DNA from: Sarea resinae
Lineage: Eukaryota
Direction of reading: 5' to 3'
Assembly (NCBI GenBank): GCA_026026165.1
Contig: JAPEUD010000009.1
Coordinates: 496,001 to 529,390, forward strand
DNA: 33,390 bases
Shown here one piece after another: positions 12,784 through 24,250 of the stretch; positions within the stretch are counted from its first letter, which is position 1, and every line of letters begins with the position of its first letter. The position numbers and the translations under genes were made by a program. The notes beneath the pieces are model-generated. The model was not told the origin of the DNA. It searched no databases and saw only the letters and a list, made by a program, of their open reading frames with translations.

Positions 12784-13747
12784 CTAGCGTCCGAGGACTC
12801 TATGGCAGTCCGCAATAGATTGCTGGTTAAGGTCGAAATTGACCCTTATTGACTCGAGAAAGCCATCCACCATGATGGGATTAAGGCGGTTCCGGATACC
12901 AGCAATCTCACCGGGGTATGTGACGAGTAGGTGCTGCACATCCTCAAAGTCTCTGGGAGCTCCACGTTCTGCACAGGCGTTGAGCTTTGTCTGCATCATG
13001 TACAATATGCTGAGACAAGGGAAGATTAGTCCCTGGCCACTGATATGCACAGAGAGATTATCTCGATTCTGTGACACCTGCATCGGCGTCCCTTTGAATC
13101 CTAGTTGAAAATCAGCCACGATTCTAGCAGCATGGGTCGATTCATAGGCCCGAATAAGGAATTGCAAAAGTCACGGGGCCCTGAGACAAAACTGTCAAGG
13201 CAGGCTCTGGGTCGAGTCAAAACCTCCCCCGATTCTTCCAAGGATCGGAAGCCGAATATTTAGGGCTCTCGATTGAAGGAAAGACACATTTTAGCAGCAG
13301 AAGAATTTACTTACCAGGGGTCATCAGATCGACTTCAATTCGCTAGTGCTTGTTGCACCCAGCCTCATGATACGAAGGTCCCGTCTTCACGAAAACCTTG
13401 ATGACGCCGTCAAGGAGGCGGGTATTGGGAATAATGAGCCTAATCAGTACGTAAGTCCTGGTACCACAACGCCTGGAGACAAAGGTTCACCTGGGCTGCG
13501 GTGTAATCAAAGCCCAGAGTGTAGCCATGTTGGTCTGTACAACAAGATCGATGTCTCGAGTCTGACGTTCTGAACCGCGGCACATCATAGCAAATCCTCC
13601 CAATGCAGCGAATGCGATATTATTGGCGTCCCAAAGCGTTTTGAGGTAGATCGCCGCCGCGAAGAGATTGGCCCGGGGAGGACCTTGCGGGTCTCTCTCA
13701 CGTTCCTCCTCGGAGTCATAGTCAACCAGATTATAGACGTCCGCCAT
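12784..13747 (-). pseudogene. AbiEii/DUF1814-like nucleotidyltransferase-fold gene with an in-frame TAG in exon 2
   Basis: Exon 1 has AFAALGGFAMMCRGSERQTRDIDLVV (hGG...DhDh). Introns 13440-13490 and 13101-13314. Exon 2 reads ...VFVKTGPSYHEAGCNKH*RIEVDLMTP with the stop at 13343-13345. Exon 3 has TKLNACAERGAPRDFEDV (K..R..RD..D). Confidence 0.75.
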
Positions 13748-14499
13748 AATTGCTGCAAATATATGCTGAGTTGATGAGAGTTAAATGGCTTGGGCGTATT
13801 GCTTCTACTGATATCGGAGTGGCCGTTTCTGAGGTGTCTTGTTTGGATTTTGCGTCGGATGTGACAACCTCATGATCGGATCTGTGACCGGAGGATTCAC
13901 CAAGCGCTATAATGTGCAAAACTAAGAACATTCGAGCTAGAAGATCATTGAGAGCCACGAGATGCCAGATGGATGGCCTCTTCTGAGGCCTCAGGGGATG
14001 GAAGTAACAAGTCGGCCATGAAGACCCGGGCTCGTCCCCTTGTCGAAATCTATGAATAGTTGTGGAAGGTGCGACGCTCTACTCATGAGCGCTTAGGAGA
14101 GAAATACCAGACAATAGGCACCTCTAGCGGTGGAGCGACCCAGAACCCGGAAAATCTAACACTTGCACCGGCATTATGTCACATCTGTTCTTGTATAGCG
14201 TATAAAGAAGACCGAAAGAAGGCCGCTGCTTATCGCGCACTTGAATCCTACCGCTAACACGATGTTGTGAGTGGCTATGAGCAAGCGCTTAGAGGTGTTC
14301 TATTATATGGTGCGACAGGTCAAGGTTGCTCGGCGCCTATATAGTGTAGATCTCTAGCTGTTTTGCATTCAGCGCTTAGAGGCAGTCTACTAAATAGTGT
14401 GATAGTGTAAGACAGGGTGCTTAGGTAGGCTGCTCAAACAGCACTACTATAGTAGTAGTAGAAGCGCTTATTGCTAGCTATTAGTTACAGACAGGATAG

Positions 14500-14620
14500 C
14501 AATAGGTCTACTAGCTTCTATAGATGTGTAGAGGCTTCTAGAAATATCTAGACTGTCTTATAACAGTCTGTAACAGTCTAGATACTCTAGAGTGACTCGA
14601 ATTATAATTATATTCTAATA
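14500..14620. mobile_element. Degenerate LTR remnant of the same family as the LTRs at 24251-26221 (may extend left to ~14263)
   Basis: TCTGTAACAGTCTAGATACTCTAGAGTGACTCGAATTATAATTATATTCTAATA aligns by eye with 26168-26221 TCTGTAACAGTCTAGATACTTAAGAGTGACTAGAATAAGGTTATAATTCTAACA. The flank is TpA-rich. Confidence 0.75.
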
Positions 14621-14890
14621 AGAAATATATCATATATTTGTTAGGACCAAACACTTATACTATATATACCTTACTCCTATAAAATAGCAAACTTGAAAAC
14701 ACTTCTCTAAGAAGCAGAAACATCATAGACAATAAAAAGCGGAGGTACCTGACATCCGCTAGCAATGGCCACTCTTATATCAGTATTCAGAACGAGGCGT
14801 TGCTAAAGAAGCTGAAAACAGGACATTCAGAGAGCGTGTAGTCTGCAGAACCAGAAAGGAAAGATACGGCATCACTTGATACAGGCCGCT

Positions 14891-16246
14891 TTACTGGATT
14901 CTCTGCCCCCTTCGCATGACTCTCTTCGAGGAGCTTGTGAGATCCGATTCTACGCCATCCAAGAAACCGGAGTTCGCGTAGGCCTGACTTGCATCCCACA
15001 TCATGACACCACCAAAGCTAGAGAAGGTCTTGGAATAGTTGATAACGTCGGCAAGGTCGCTCGCAGACTCATAACCGCTTCCTGCTGCAGTCGACGACGC
15101 TGGTACGCCAAGGAGCACTTTGACATTGGGATTGGCCGACACAGTCTTCGCCCAATTGTCCCAGGTATCAAAGTTGAAATCATTCTGAGTCGATGAGCCA
15201 TCGGTGTAAGATTGCACGCCGCAGTAGTTATTGTAGAATTGTACCCAGATGGCGTCGAAAGAGACTGTGCCATTAAGCATTGAATTGTCCGAGGTATCAG
15301 GATAGGGGCATTGTGGGGCGGCAGTAAGCATCCATTGCGTGCCTGAAGTGTCCGCATCCATCAGGGATCGAAGCTGGTTCGCGAAAGGGGCTGTGTTCGT
15401 TACTGTAGACTCAAAATCGAAGTCGAAGCCGTTCACAGTAGAGCTGCCGAAAGGGCGGAGGGCAGAGGAACCGGATTGTTCGGGCCCGAAGGTAGCCCAG
15501 ATGTTGTTCGCGGCCGAAACGGCTTCTTCCTCCGATGAAAAGCCACCCTCAGTATAGGTTGCGCCGCCGATAGACAGGAGGATTGTTTTGCCGTAGGTGT
15601 TTTGACATGTCGCAATGTCATCCCTAAAAGAGATGGGGAGGTTAATCACGGTACACTGAGGAGGGAGATCGACATAGCCATTGATAAAGCTTGAAGGAGG
15701 TCATTAAGGATCGACTTACCCAATCTGGGGACAATCCAAAAGTGCCGTGCCGGAAAATGTAGTACAATTGTTGCCGGAATTGGCAAAGTTGAGTTCGGGT
15801 TGACCACCCGTTCCATTAACGACCGTTAGGAAGGCCATTGGTATTACCTGATTTGATTGTAGTCAGCCACCTGACCTAAGAATCCACTAAAGAGAACCTT
15901 ACATCGATGTCAGAATCTGTAAAGACAGGTCCGTCAGCATAGAGTAACTTTCGGTTCTGATGTCACGGAAAGTATTCTTAACTTACTCGAACAATAAGTT
16001 GCTAAATTCTGCTGTTCAAGGCTACCACTGCTAGCTCCATAAGAGTTCTGGCCTACATGAAGCATTGTGAGTTAGATTCTTCACCGTTCGAAGACATTGG
16101 CATATGTCAGAGATTGACTTACCCCAATATACCGCAATATTAGTCGAAGATGAGGAACTGAAGCCAGCATAGACGCTCTTCGAAGAGGTCAACAGGGCAA
16201 TCAACGAAGAAGCGTAGATAAATGAATGCATGTTGAATAATATCAA
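14891..16246 (-). CDS. Secreted GH18 class III (subgroup B, CTS1-like) endochitinase, 5 exons
   Basis: Signal-peptide-like N-terminus (start 16246 or 16231), NIAVYWGQNS, KTILLSIGGA, NGFDFDFE catalytic motif, LTAAPQCPYPD, WVQFYNNYC, FGGVMMWDAS. Introns 16053-16122, 15917-15986, 15848-15902, 15624-15719. Confidence 0.95.
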
Positions 16247-18427
16247 CGATATTTTAAATGAATGAATATGAATAATGCAGGGTTTTCGGCGAAGCTCTGT
16301 TGGCCAATTTAAAGAGAGACAGATAACCTTTTCCTTTCGCGACCATGACGGTGGCTTTATACTCTACTCTTCTGTGATGAAGCAGTACTCCTGGATCATG
16401 AGATTGCTGAACTTGAACGATGCAACAGCAAGTGATGTTCCATTGAGTCTGTTGACCACCGTTTCATTGCTCCGGGAAAAGTTGGCATGGGAGGTAATTT
16501 CGAGCGCGAACACGCCTCGACGCGTCCCCCCACAGGACCAGGATACGGCGCGGGACATTCTTGACGCATCATATACTGGAATTCCATGATCTGCTGCCTT
16601 GATAAGATATGCTGGATTAGATAGCTGTGCGAAGGGTGCTAGCCTGGAGCCAGTATAAGTGATCCTGGCGTTCTTTGCGGACCTAAGAAAGATATCTGGT
16701 GAAGAAAGTGTCATGAGGTTCTAGAAAGCAATCTGCCCCGCAGAGCATGATGCAACATATTCAGGGCCTTGGAAGAAAATCGGAGATGTCCATAGATCAC
16801 GCTATCAAAGAAACAGTGGAAGGTCTTCTCCCTTGCAGCACTTTTCGCCTTGTTCCATTGAACAGTTGTAGGAAGTAATTACAGACATCTGAGGAAAACA
16901 GCGAATACAACATCGAGGGAGAATCATACTTTCCTAATTGAGAGCAGCTAGTTGTCAGGAGGTTACTTGAAGACGCCGACTTCGACACCATCGATTCGAC
17001 CTCTATCGGCTAGGTACCATGGTTAAGTGACACCATCAGGGGGGATCTGATGATACCTTTCCATTCAGTACCTGGATGTACTTCGTACATGTGAGTTGGG
17101 CTTGGCTGTGTGACAGTGTCACAGCACTTAGAATAAAGATATGGAGGCGGATGACACTCCCTGTTTGCCTACCTTATCGTTCGAGTCTAGATGCGTTATG
17201 GAAGTAAACTTAACCCTAATCGCACGGCTGCGATCAGTCATGGATCAGACGGGAATTCATTGAAGTGGTTGAAGAACGATGGCTAAGAAGTCTCTTGCTC
17301 GAACTAAACCCCTGCTCGACTCGGAGCAGACTCCCCTTGTTGATGCTGCCGCCGCGACTCTGAAACGTCCGGCGAGGACCGTTCCTATGCAGCGAGGAGG
17401 GACACATGGCGTTGATGGAACGGTATGAAACAGGTCAGACGTGGAGTTACTACTTAGGTAGCCTTCCAGGTTCCATTGTCATTCGGGGTCGACGGATAAG
17501 GCAAAGATGGTCCTGGAGATAACCTTACTCCTCTAGTACGCAGTGCGAAGTATCTAACCCGAAGTATCCACAGCACTTCGTCATGAGGTGCTCACTATCC
17601 TAATGGGCTCGCACACGGTGTGAGATAACCGGTACTCTTCTATCTACCTATAGTAGTAGCTTTTCTCTGATGAAGATTATAAATATGAAAACCCAATGCC
17701 TTCTAATTAGCTGCTGTAAATTCAAGTCTGTACTTTGTACTCTATACTAGTTGAAGCCAATTCCGATCAGCGTTAGTGGCTAAGTCAGAGATAAATACTT
17801 GTGTAAGGTTCTGACACTCCCATTGAGTGGAAAACAAATCATAGGAGAGGACATCTAAGATAGTTTTTGTTGTGGAAGAAATAGAGTAGTCTGGGCATTA
17901 TTTAGTAGAAGAAAATCTAGGCGACTTTGTCAAGAGAGCAATAGGGTTTGTAATCAAGTATCCCTTCAGCTTAGTACATGAATCGACCCTATTAAGTCCG
18001 GAGTAAGCTCGACACCATAATAGGAGAGACATCGCAAAGGTGGCTCCCAATCTATGAATTGATACTCAGCCCTAATAACGCTCTGACTGTGACGATTGCC
18101 GCCTAGTACCTAATCTTCATAGATAAACAATAAAAGGACGGCAAATATCTGAAGTGTATTTTTTTGCGTAGGTTGTTAGCCATAATATTCAAGTGGTAAG
18201 CTTACTTTCACTTAGTGGCCAGAGTCCTTCAGACAGAGCCACGTGCTGCTAGGAGTAATAGGGTGGTCTGCCTGAAGTTTCGTATAAGGCGAACGATTAC
18301 CAGTGGTTTAATAGAGTACTATAGGGAGGCTGGGCTCACGCTGAATATACAGTCTTCACGAGTTCATAAACCATGGTGAGGTAGGGTATGTCCCGAATCG
18401 CAATTTAGTCCGCCACAATCAAGCCGC

Positions 18428-21305
18428 CTACAAACGCGAACTCATCTCAATCGCTCGCCTCCTTCTCCTCGGCGATGGTCGACTAGTAAGCGTAGGCTCA
18501 TCATCTAACCCTGTTGTCGAGTCGAAGAGCATCCGTCCCGCCCGATCAGCCAAAGCTAACACTCTTGTGGAAACGGTTGCCCCATCACGCCGATTTTTGC
18601 CTTCTCTTCTAGATTGGGCGATCATTTCTGTGAAGTTCCATAGCCGGCCTTCCCCAATTATTTTACCCGTGTCTGACGTGCGACTTGGTGTCCAATCCGG
18701 CGCCAATCTCAGTCTGGATGGGAACCTAGGGTCTTTGCTCTTATAGACCAGTACGATCCCCTCTTCCTCAAACATCTGATACGCGTTCTTAAGGGTTTCT
18801 TTATTGACTGCCTCGAAATAGGAGAGATCCCCTTGGTGGTACAACGTCTTTCCGAGCTATTCAATAATGTTAGCTACCTTGATGAGACTGAAGTCACTTG
18901 AAATATACCTTCTGAGCCATTTCCTGAGTTTCCTTGAACTTAAGCCATATACCCTCCGAGTGACCAGCAGGTGGGGTCAGACCCATGAGCGAGACAGCTC
19001 CGAGCCAACTAGCTTCGATGAAAGGCCATATGAGGAAGCAGTAAAAGTCAAAGTTCTCTCTTCCACATAGTCGTTCCGCCCCACTGAGTTCCACAGTGTT
19101 GATGTGATCGTCTGATCTGGTTTCCTCCTTACCACGGGTGACCTTGATTACATTATCAGACTCCAACCCTTTGAGGGTGTTGTCAAGGTTGACACTGATA
19201 CCCTCAGTGGCGTAAATAAATTCACTACGGAATAACTAGACTACAGTCAGAGATGATTTCCAACACCTTCGGAGTTTGACTGGCCTGAGAGAGGAAGGAG
19301 ACCTGATCGAAAAGCGCTTGGTATGAGATGCTTTGGATCTCAGGGCCTCCACCCCTTTTGATACGAGTGTACATGCCGGCAGATATAAGAGCTTCCGAAA
19401 TGAAAAGATGGATGGTCATGTTACGATAGAACGATAGCTGAAACCTATATTCATGTCGGAACATGGTACTGACAAGATATATATCTCCAAAAAAGAAAAA
19501 AAAGACACATACCTGTCTACTGCGAAGAACGTCTCCTCGATAAGGCCGTCGAGCCTACCGACGAGACTAGGCCCTAAAACTTCAATGCCGCGTTCCACGA
19601 CTATGCTGGTGGGCGCTCCAGCAAAGTGAGCAACTCTGCCACCACGAGATCGGACTCTGTCACTCAACCAATCTACCCTGTTAACAAGCTCGGTTTTTCC
19701 AACGCCTCGTCCCCTGAGTGTCAAAAGAACAGTACCGATTAGCGCAGTGGGCATCACCACGGATGCAGAATTGATGTCGGAGAGTACTTTGTACCCCAAA
19801 GTCCTTAGAAGACGTGCTTTAATTTCTTGTGGACTACTGGATTGCGAGTCTATCTGCTGAGGTATCGAGTTCATCCGACCTCTTTGTTGATTGATGAAGG
19901 CTCGTAGACTCCAAGGCTCATGGAAGCGTACGTCTACTCGTCCAAGCCGCAGCGAGAGTACAGAAGATGACGAGAGGAAATTTCTGAGGCTTTCCTTAGG
20001 CTTGGGCTGACCCAGTAGCTCACTAATGTAAGACCTAGTATATTTAGTCGAGCCCGAGTAATGTGAAAGGAAGCCGAGGGCTCACTCTGTTTCAAGTACT
20101 TTATCATATTGCGTACTCACAGGGCAAACGATAGCGTCATCTACCCGGCCTGACAAGACACTATCTAACAGAAAGCTCAGTATGCCGAATTTGGGTGGTA
20201 ACAGTTTTCCCGTTCGTGAACGTCCGCCCTCTTTAAGCCAGTTCAGTATCCGTTGACCTTCGCAAGAGGATGTAAACAATGTAGAGGAGCTGATAGCTTA
20301 CCAACAAAGCATTCAAAATTGTAGCCGCACTGGAGGAGGATATCAATGTATGACTGCACGAGAGTAGTGTAGAGTGCATCGTCCCCAAAGCTCCTCCTAA
20401 TCCACATCGCTCCTATAAGAATGAGCTGTGTAAGCTCTGGGAGGATTGAGCGCCTACTCACCAGCATGCTGCAGGAATTGACCGACAATCGGAAAGTTGA
20501 GATTGTCGCCCGCTACAACAGTTGGTAATGCTAAACCCAAGCGGTAGCAGATGATTTGAAGAGACACATAGTCCACATGCGACCTATGGCAGGGTAGGAA
20601 TATGATAGAGTGCTTGTTCTTTTCGGCTTCTTTCGCTACAGACCGCAGTCGCAGTACTTCGTCGCTAGAAACATGAATCCCTGGAAACTATGTGCTTAGC
20701 TTAATCTAAATCCCATATTTTCATATATTTGACCTTGAAAGAGTGAACGGTTACATGCCTTGGTGGTATGCTCTCGTGAGTAGCTGCGTGCATAGGTAAT
20801 AGGCACCTCTGATGAATCTTTTGCTCTCAAGTTTACATATCATCCCGTCCGTCAAGTTCTCAGCCACCTCGTGCAGACTAGATTCGATACTAGCTTTCCT
20901 TTGGGCCCTTTTCAATATGTACGATTCGTCCTCTCGACTTAGTATACCTCGCTGTTCCTCCGTGTTCAGCCTTATCTCAGCCAGCTCCTGGATTTTCTGG
21001 CGCAGCATAGGGGTCGATAGCACATCAGCCTTCACCTTATCTGTGAATCCTGGGTAGAAGATTGGCTGACCAATGATGCGGTCATATGAGCGCCAACCCG
21101 CACCTGAAACGTGGAGAGTGACTTCTCGTAAGAAGTCAAAAGGGGAGGTTCGAAAGCGAGCCATATGTTCGACGAGATTACGCTCAAGTGAGCCGTCATC
21201 TTGCTTCACAGATGGCTGAATGCCAGGATGGATCGTCACTTTCTGTCTCAAAATATCCAGATCTGGAGCCGAACCCAAACTTGAGGCGGATTTGGGCGAC
21301 GACAT
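18428..21305 (-). CDS. Glycerol-3-phosphate / dihydroxyacetone-phosphate O-acyltransferase (PlsB/GNPAT-like), 8 exons
   Basis: Acyltransferase motifs FLPCHRSHVDY (HxxxxD), GAMWIRRSF, FVEGGRSRTGKL, ICPV-like VCPVSTQYDK. Introns 20681-20758 (GC), 20413-20461, 20231-20301, 20035-20085, 19445-19512, 19236-19284 (GC), 18857-18908. Confidence 0.93.
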
Positions 21306-22328
21306 GGTGGACGAATCCCCCTCGGTGCTAATGCTGGCTAATTAATGCAACCATAGATCTACCTTTTAGGTCCGATACCTTGGAATCCAAGCCAATGCCT
21401 GACGTGGCGACCTCAATTAATGACCGCATCGACCTACTTGAAGGACAATCGTTTTCAAGAGTACCTTACCTAGGCGGAATCCAGATTGCCAATGTTCGGC
21501 GATAGTCGCTCTTCTCTGCTTTGCCTTGATAAGATTGCCGAAGATGTGGAGTAGCTAAGGCACTATTGTCGGATGACATAATTTTGAACGGCCTTGGCGA
21601 GCCTCTCCCTCAAGAGATTCAAAATAGTCCTACACGACAAGGCATGATCCTACGAGGCCAATAATCAATGTAATGGATATTGAGATAAATAGGATACACG
21701 GGATTGACCTCTAATATGTTACTTATCGCACGAAATAGTAGAGGGTCCGCTCGGGATCAAAACCTACCTTAGTCTCGCTCAGAGTAACTCTACTGCGTAC
21801 GAGCCCAAGATACGACTCTCTACCTAAGGTAGTTTAGCTCGACAGGGTTACTCTACTTCGTAGCACGGAAAACTGTTCAGGGTAAGGTAGGTACGGTACC
21901 TGATACCTCACTCAGTACGGAGGCAACGCCGGGTAATCGTGAGACTACAAATGAATATAGTAACCATCAATTTCAGGTTTTCCTCGTTCTATCCATTTGT
22001 CTCCAACAGTACTCACTTGAAATTCCATCAAAGATCTTCTCCATCGCACCCCGACTGTCATTACTTTGATATTGGTACGTTCAATCCACATCACGTCTCC
22101 GTCTAGCCAGCATTGCATTGGATGATTAAAACCCATTTCAATCTGTCAATCCCCTGATACCCCCGAAAGGAATACCTTCTCGGGATGTGAAGTTACAACA
22201 CATTAGAATGACCTGTTGCGATTGCTTGGCTTCCGAATTCGCGCTATCAATTCCTTCCCTAATATAGCGCTAATCTCATTCCATCGCAGTAATTAACGAT
22301 TTGGCCTTTTCTGCCTTTCGACCGGGTG

Positions 22329-23282
22329 ATGATGGTGGAAGATCTTGATCTCCCAACGGTTTCTGAACCATTCCCCATTTCCCTTGTCTCGGGCTGTTAT
22401 ATGGTCTATGATATCAATACAATTACATATCTTCGTCGCGTGCATCACATATGCGGTGTGCTTATAGGTAGTATCCCGCAGATACCGCAACAGAACGTCT
22501 TCCTTGGCGTGCCGTTACAGCTCATGTTTGAAGAAGCCAAATTGCTGATAGAGCTTGGAGCGGCTTACGTTGTTGACGATTGGCGATGGCATATGCGAGG
22601 CGTTCGGAGGCTAGACCATGAGAGTAAAGCGGGCTTTTTCCAACATCTAGAGGAAGCAGGCCGCGAAGCTGGGAGCGACGCACAGCGAAGAACGGACGAG
22701 AAAAGAAAAAGGGCCGTGCTAAATATAAAGAACCAAGATGGCTCAAGGCCTCAAGCCTCCACTAGCGTGCAAGCTGCCAATCAAAACGGTAGCGAATCGT
22801 TGTTCCACGCCGGGAACGATTCACATCCTTTAAAGTCTTCGCATGATTCCTCGAGGACTAAACCTGATGGTGCTCTATCTTACGCTATCACTCCAACCAC
22901 ATCCAAATTCATGCTTCCATCCCCTCCGGAATCTTCGCAAAAAAGTCTTGTTAAGACACCGATCTCATATTGGCTATTTGCTTACTTGCATTCACGGGGC
23001 TATTATGTCTCGCCTGGTCTTCGTTTCGGGTGTCAATATCTTGTTTATCCGGGCGACCCTCTCCGGTTTCATAGCCACTTTCTCGCTGTAGGTGCAAAAT
23101 GGGATGAGGATTTAGATCTTCAAGACATTGTCGGTGGCGGCAGACTCGGTACAGGAGTCAAGAAGGGATACCTGATCGGTGGTGCGGTTGAATCCAAGGG
23201 TAAGGACTTTCAGGAAGCAGACATTGATGCCAGTTCTGGACGTGGAGTCCGCACCTTTTGCATTGAGTGGGGCGGCATGTGA
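22329..23282 (+). CDS. SEN34: tRNA-splicing endonuclease catalytic subunit Sen34, intronless
   Basis: N-terminal LRRVHHICGVLIGSIPQIPQQNVFLGVPLQLM and C-terminal GYYVSPGLRFGCQYLVYPGDPLRFHSHF...GGGRLGTGVKK with the Tyr/His/Lys catalytic residues. Confidence 0.95.
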   Translation: MMVEDLDLPTVSEPFPISLVSGCYMVYDINTITYLRRVHHICGVLIGSIPQIPQQNVFLGVPLQLMFEEAKLLIELGAAYVVDDWRWHMRGVRRLDHESKAGFFQHLEEAGREAGSDAQRRTDEKRKRAVLNIKNQDGSRPQASTSVQAANQNGSESLFHAGNDSHPLKSSHDSSRTKPDGALSYAITPTTSKFMLPSPPESSQKSLVKTPISYWLFAYLHSRGYYVSPGLRFGCQYLVYPGDPLRFHSHFLAVGAKWDEDLDLQDIVGGGRLGTGVKKGYLIGGAVESKGKDFQEADIDASSGRGVRTFCIEWGGM

Positions 23283-23944
23283 AAGTTCGCAAACCCTGAA
23301 GCCAATTTCCTCTCTGCAGAATTATACTTTTGGCATGCTGCTCGCAAATTGAACCTGATACCAGGTTCCGAAGTTGTGTCAAAAATGATTGACCAATAAA
23401 ATTCGACTGCGCTATCCGCTCTCTGAGATTCGATCCTCAAGTCTATAAAATGATGCTTCCTAGGCAGCTTGGAACGACTAGCCAGAGAACAAAGAGACGC
23501 TATAGAGCTTTATATCGTACTGTACTTGAGGCAATCGTTGGCGACAAGCATGGTGGGCGTGAGGATGATCTCTGAATAGGTCTTATAATACGATTGTGCA
23601 TAAGATGTAAACAGTCTTCGGGTCTAGACTGTTGTTAGCTTCGCCAATCTTGTCCTAGTAAGACGCAATCCTAAGATAACCCTTTTTCAATCGCCTCTAT
23701 TTGTTTTCATTACAACTAAGTAAGACAGTTAAGAGCGTGACAATTATCTAAATACAAAGTCAATCTTTCTTATGTATAAAGTACTAATTTTCTGTAATTT
23801 ATTTAATACTATATAGACTTAGAAGAGTATATCCTAACTATTAATAACTAAAAACTACTCTAGTAGAGCAAAACTCTTTTCTCTAAAAAGGCTAATATAG
23901 GCTATTAGCTAAAAAAGTAATATACTACTAGTAAATATAAGTGC

Positions 23945-24172
23945 TCTATAAGTAGAGAAAAGTGCTAAAAAGTATGTATATTATAACCTTAGAGATTCTA
24001 GCTATAGAGGTATAAGTTAGGTACCTACTAGTAGTTAGTATATAGATATAACTACCTTACTAGAAACTTATAGTAATAACTAATTACTAACATAAGTAAT
24101 TTATAAGCAATAAACTAATAATAATATACCTAGTATAGTACTTTATAAGAAAGTTAAGAGATAGTTATATAA
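23945..24172. mobile_element. Older, partial LTR copy (same orientation as 25703-26221)
   Basis: TAAGTAGAGAAAAGTGCTAAA...GATTCTAGCTATAGAGGT...TTACTAGAAACTT...TAACTAATTAC...CTTTATAAGAAAGTTAAGAGATAGTT parallels 25725-25930. Confidence 0.8.
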
Positions 24173-24250
24173 TATTAGGTAAAGCAAGGTGTAAGATTTA
24201 TAATATCTAAAGCTATAAGCTATAGTAGTATAAATACATATGTATAGATA

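Noticed and set aside
16275..16991. ORFs upstream of the chitinase
   Set aside because: Mutually overlapping on both strands with no homology cues; probably promoter DNA.
17210..17220. Telomere-like TAACCCTAA
   Set aside because: Only about 1.5 units, expected by chance.
12784..23282. Functional link between the NTase genes and SEN34 through tRNA metabolism
   Set aside because: They are about 9 kb apart with unrelated genes between, and SEN34 is a housekeeping gene, so proximity is not evidence.
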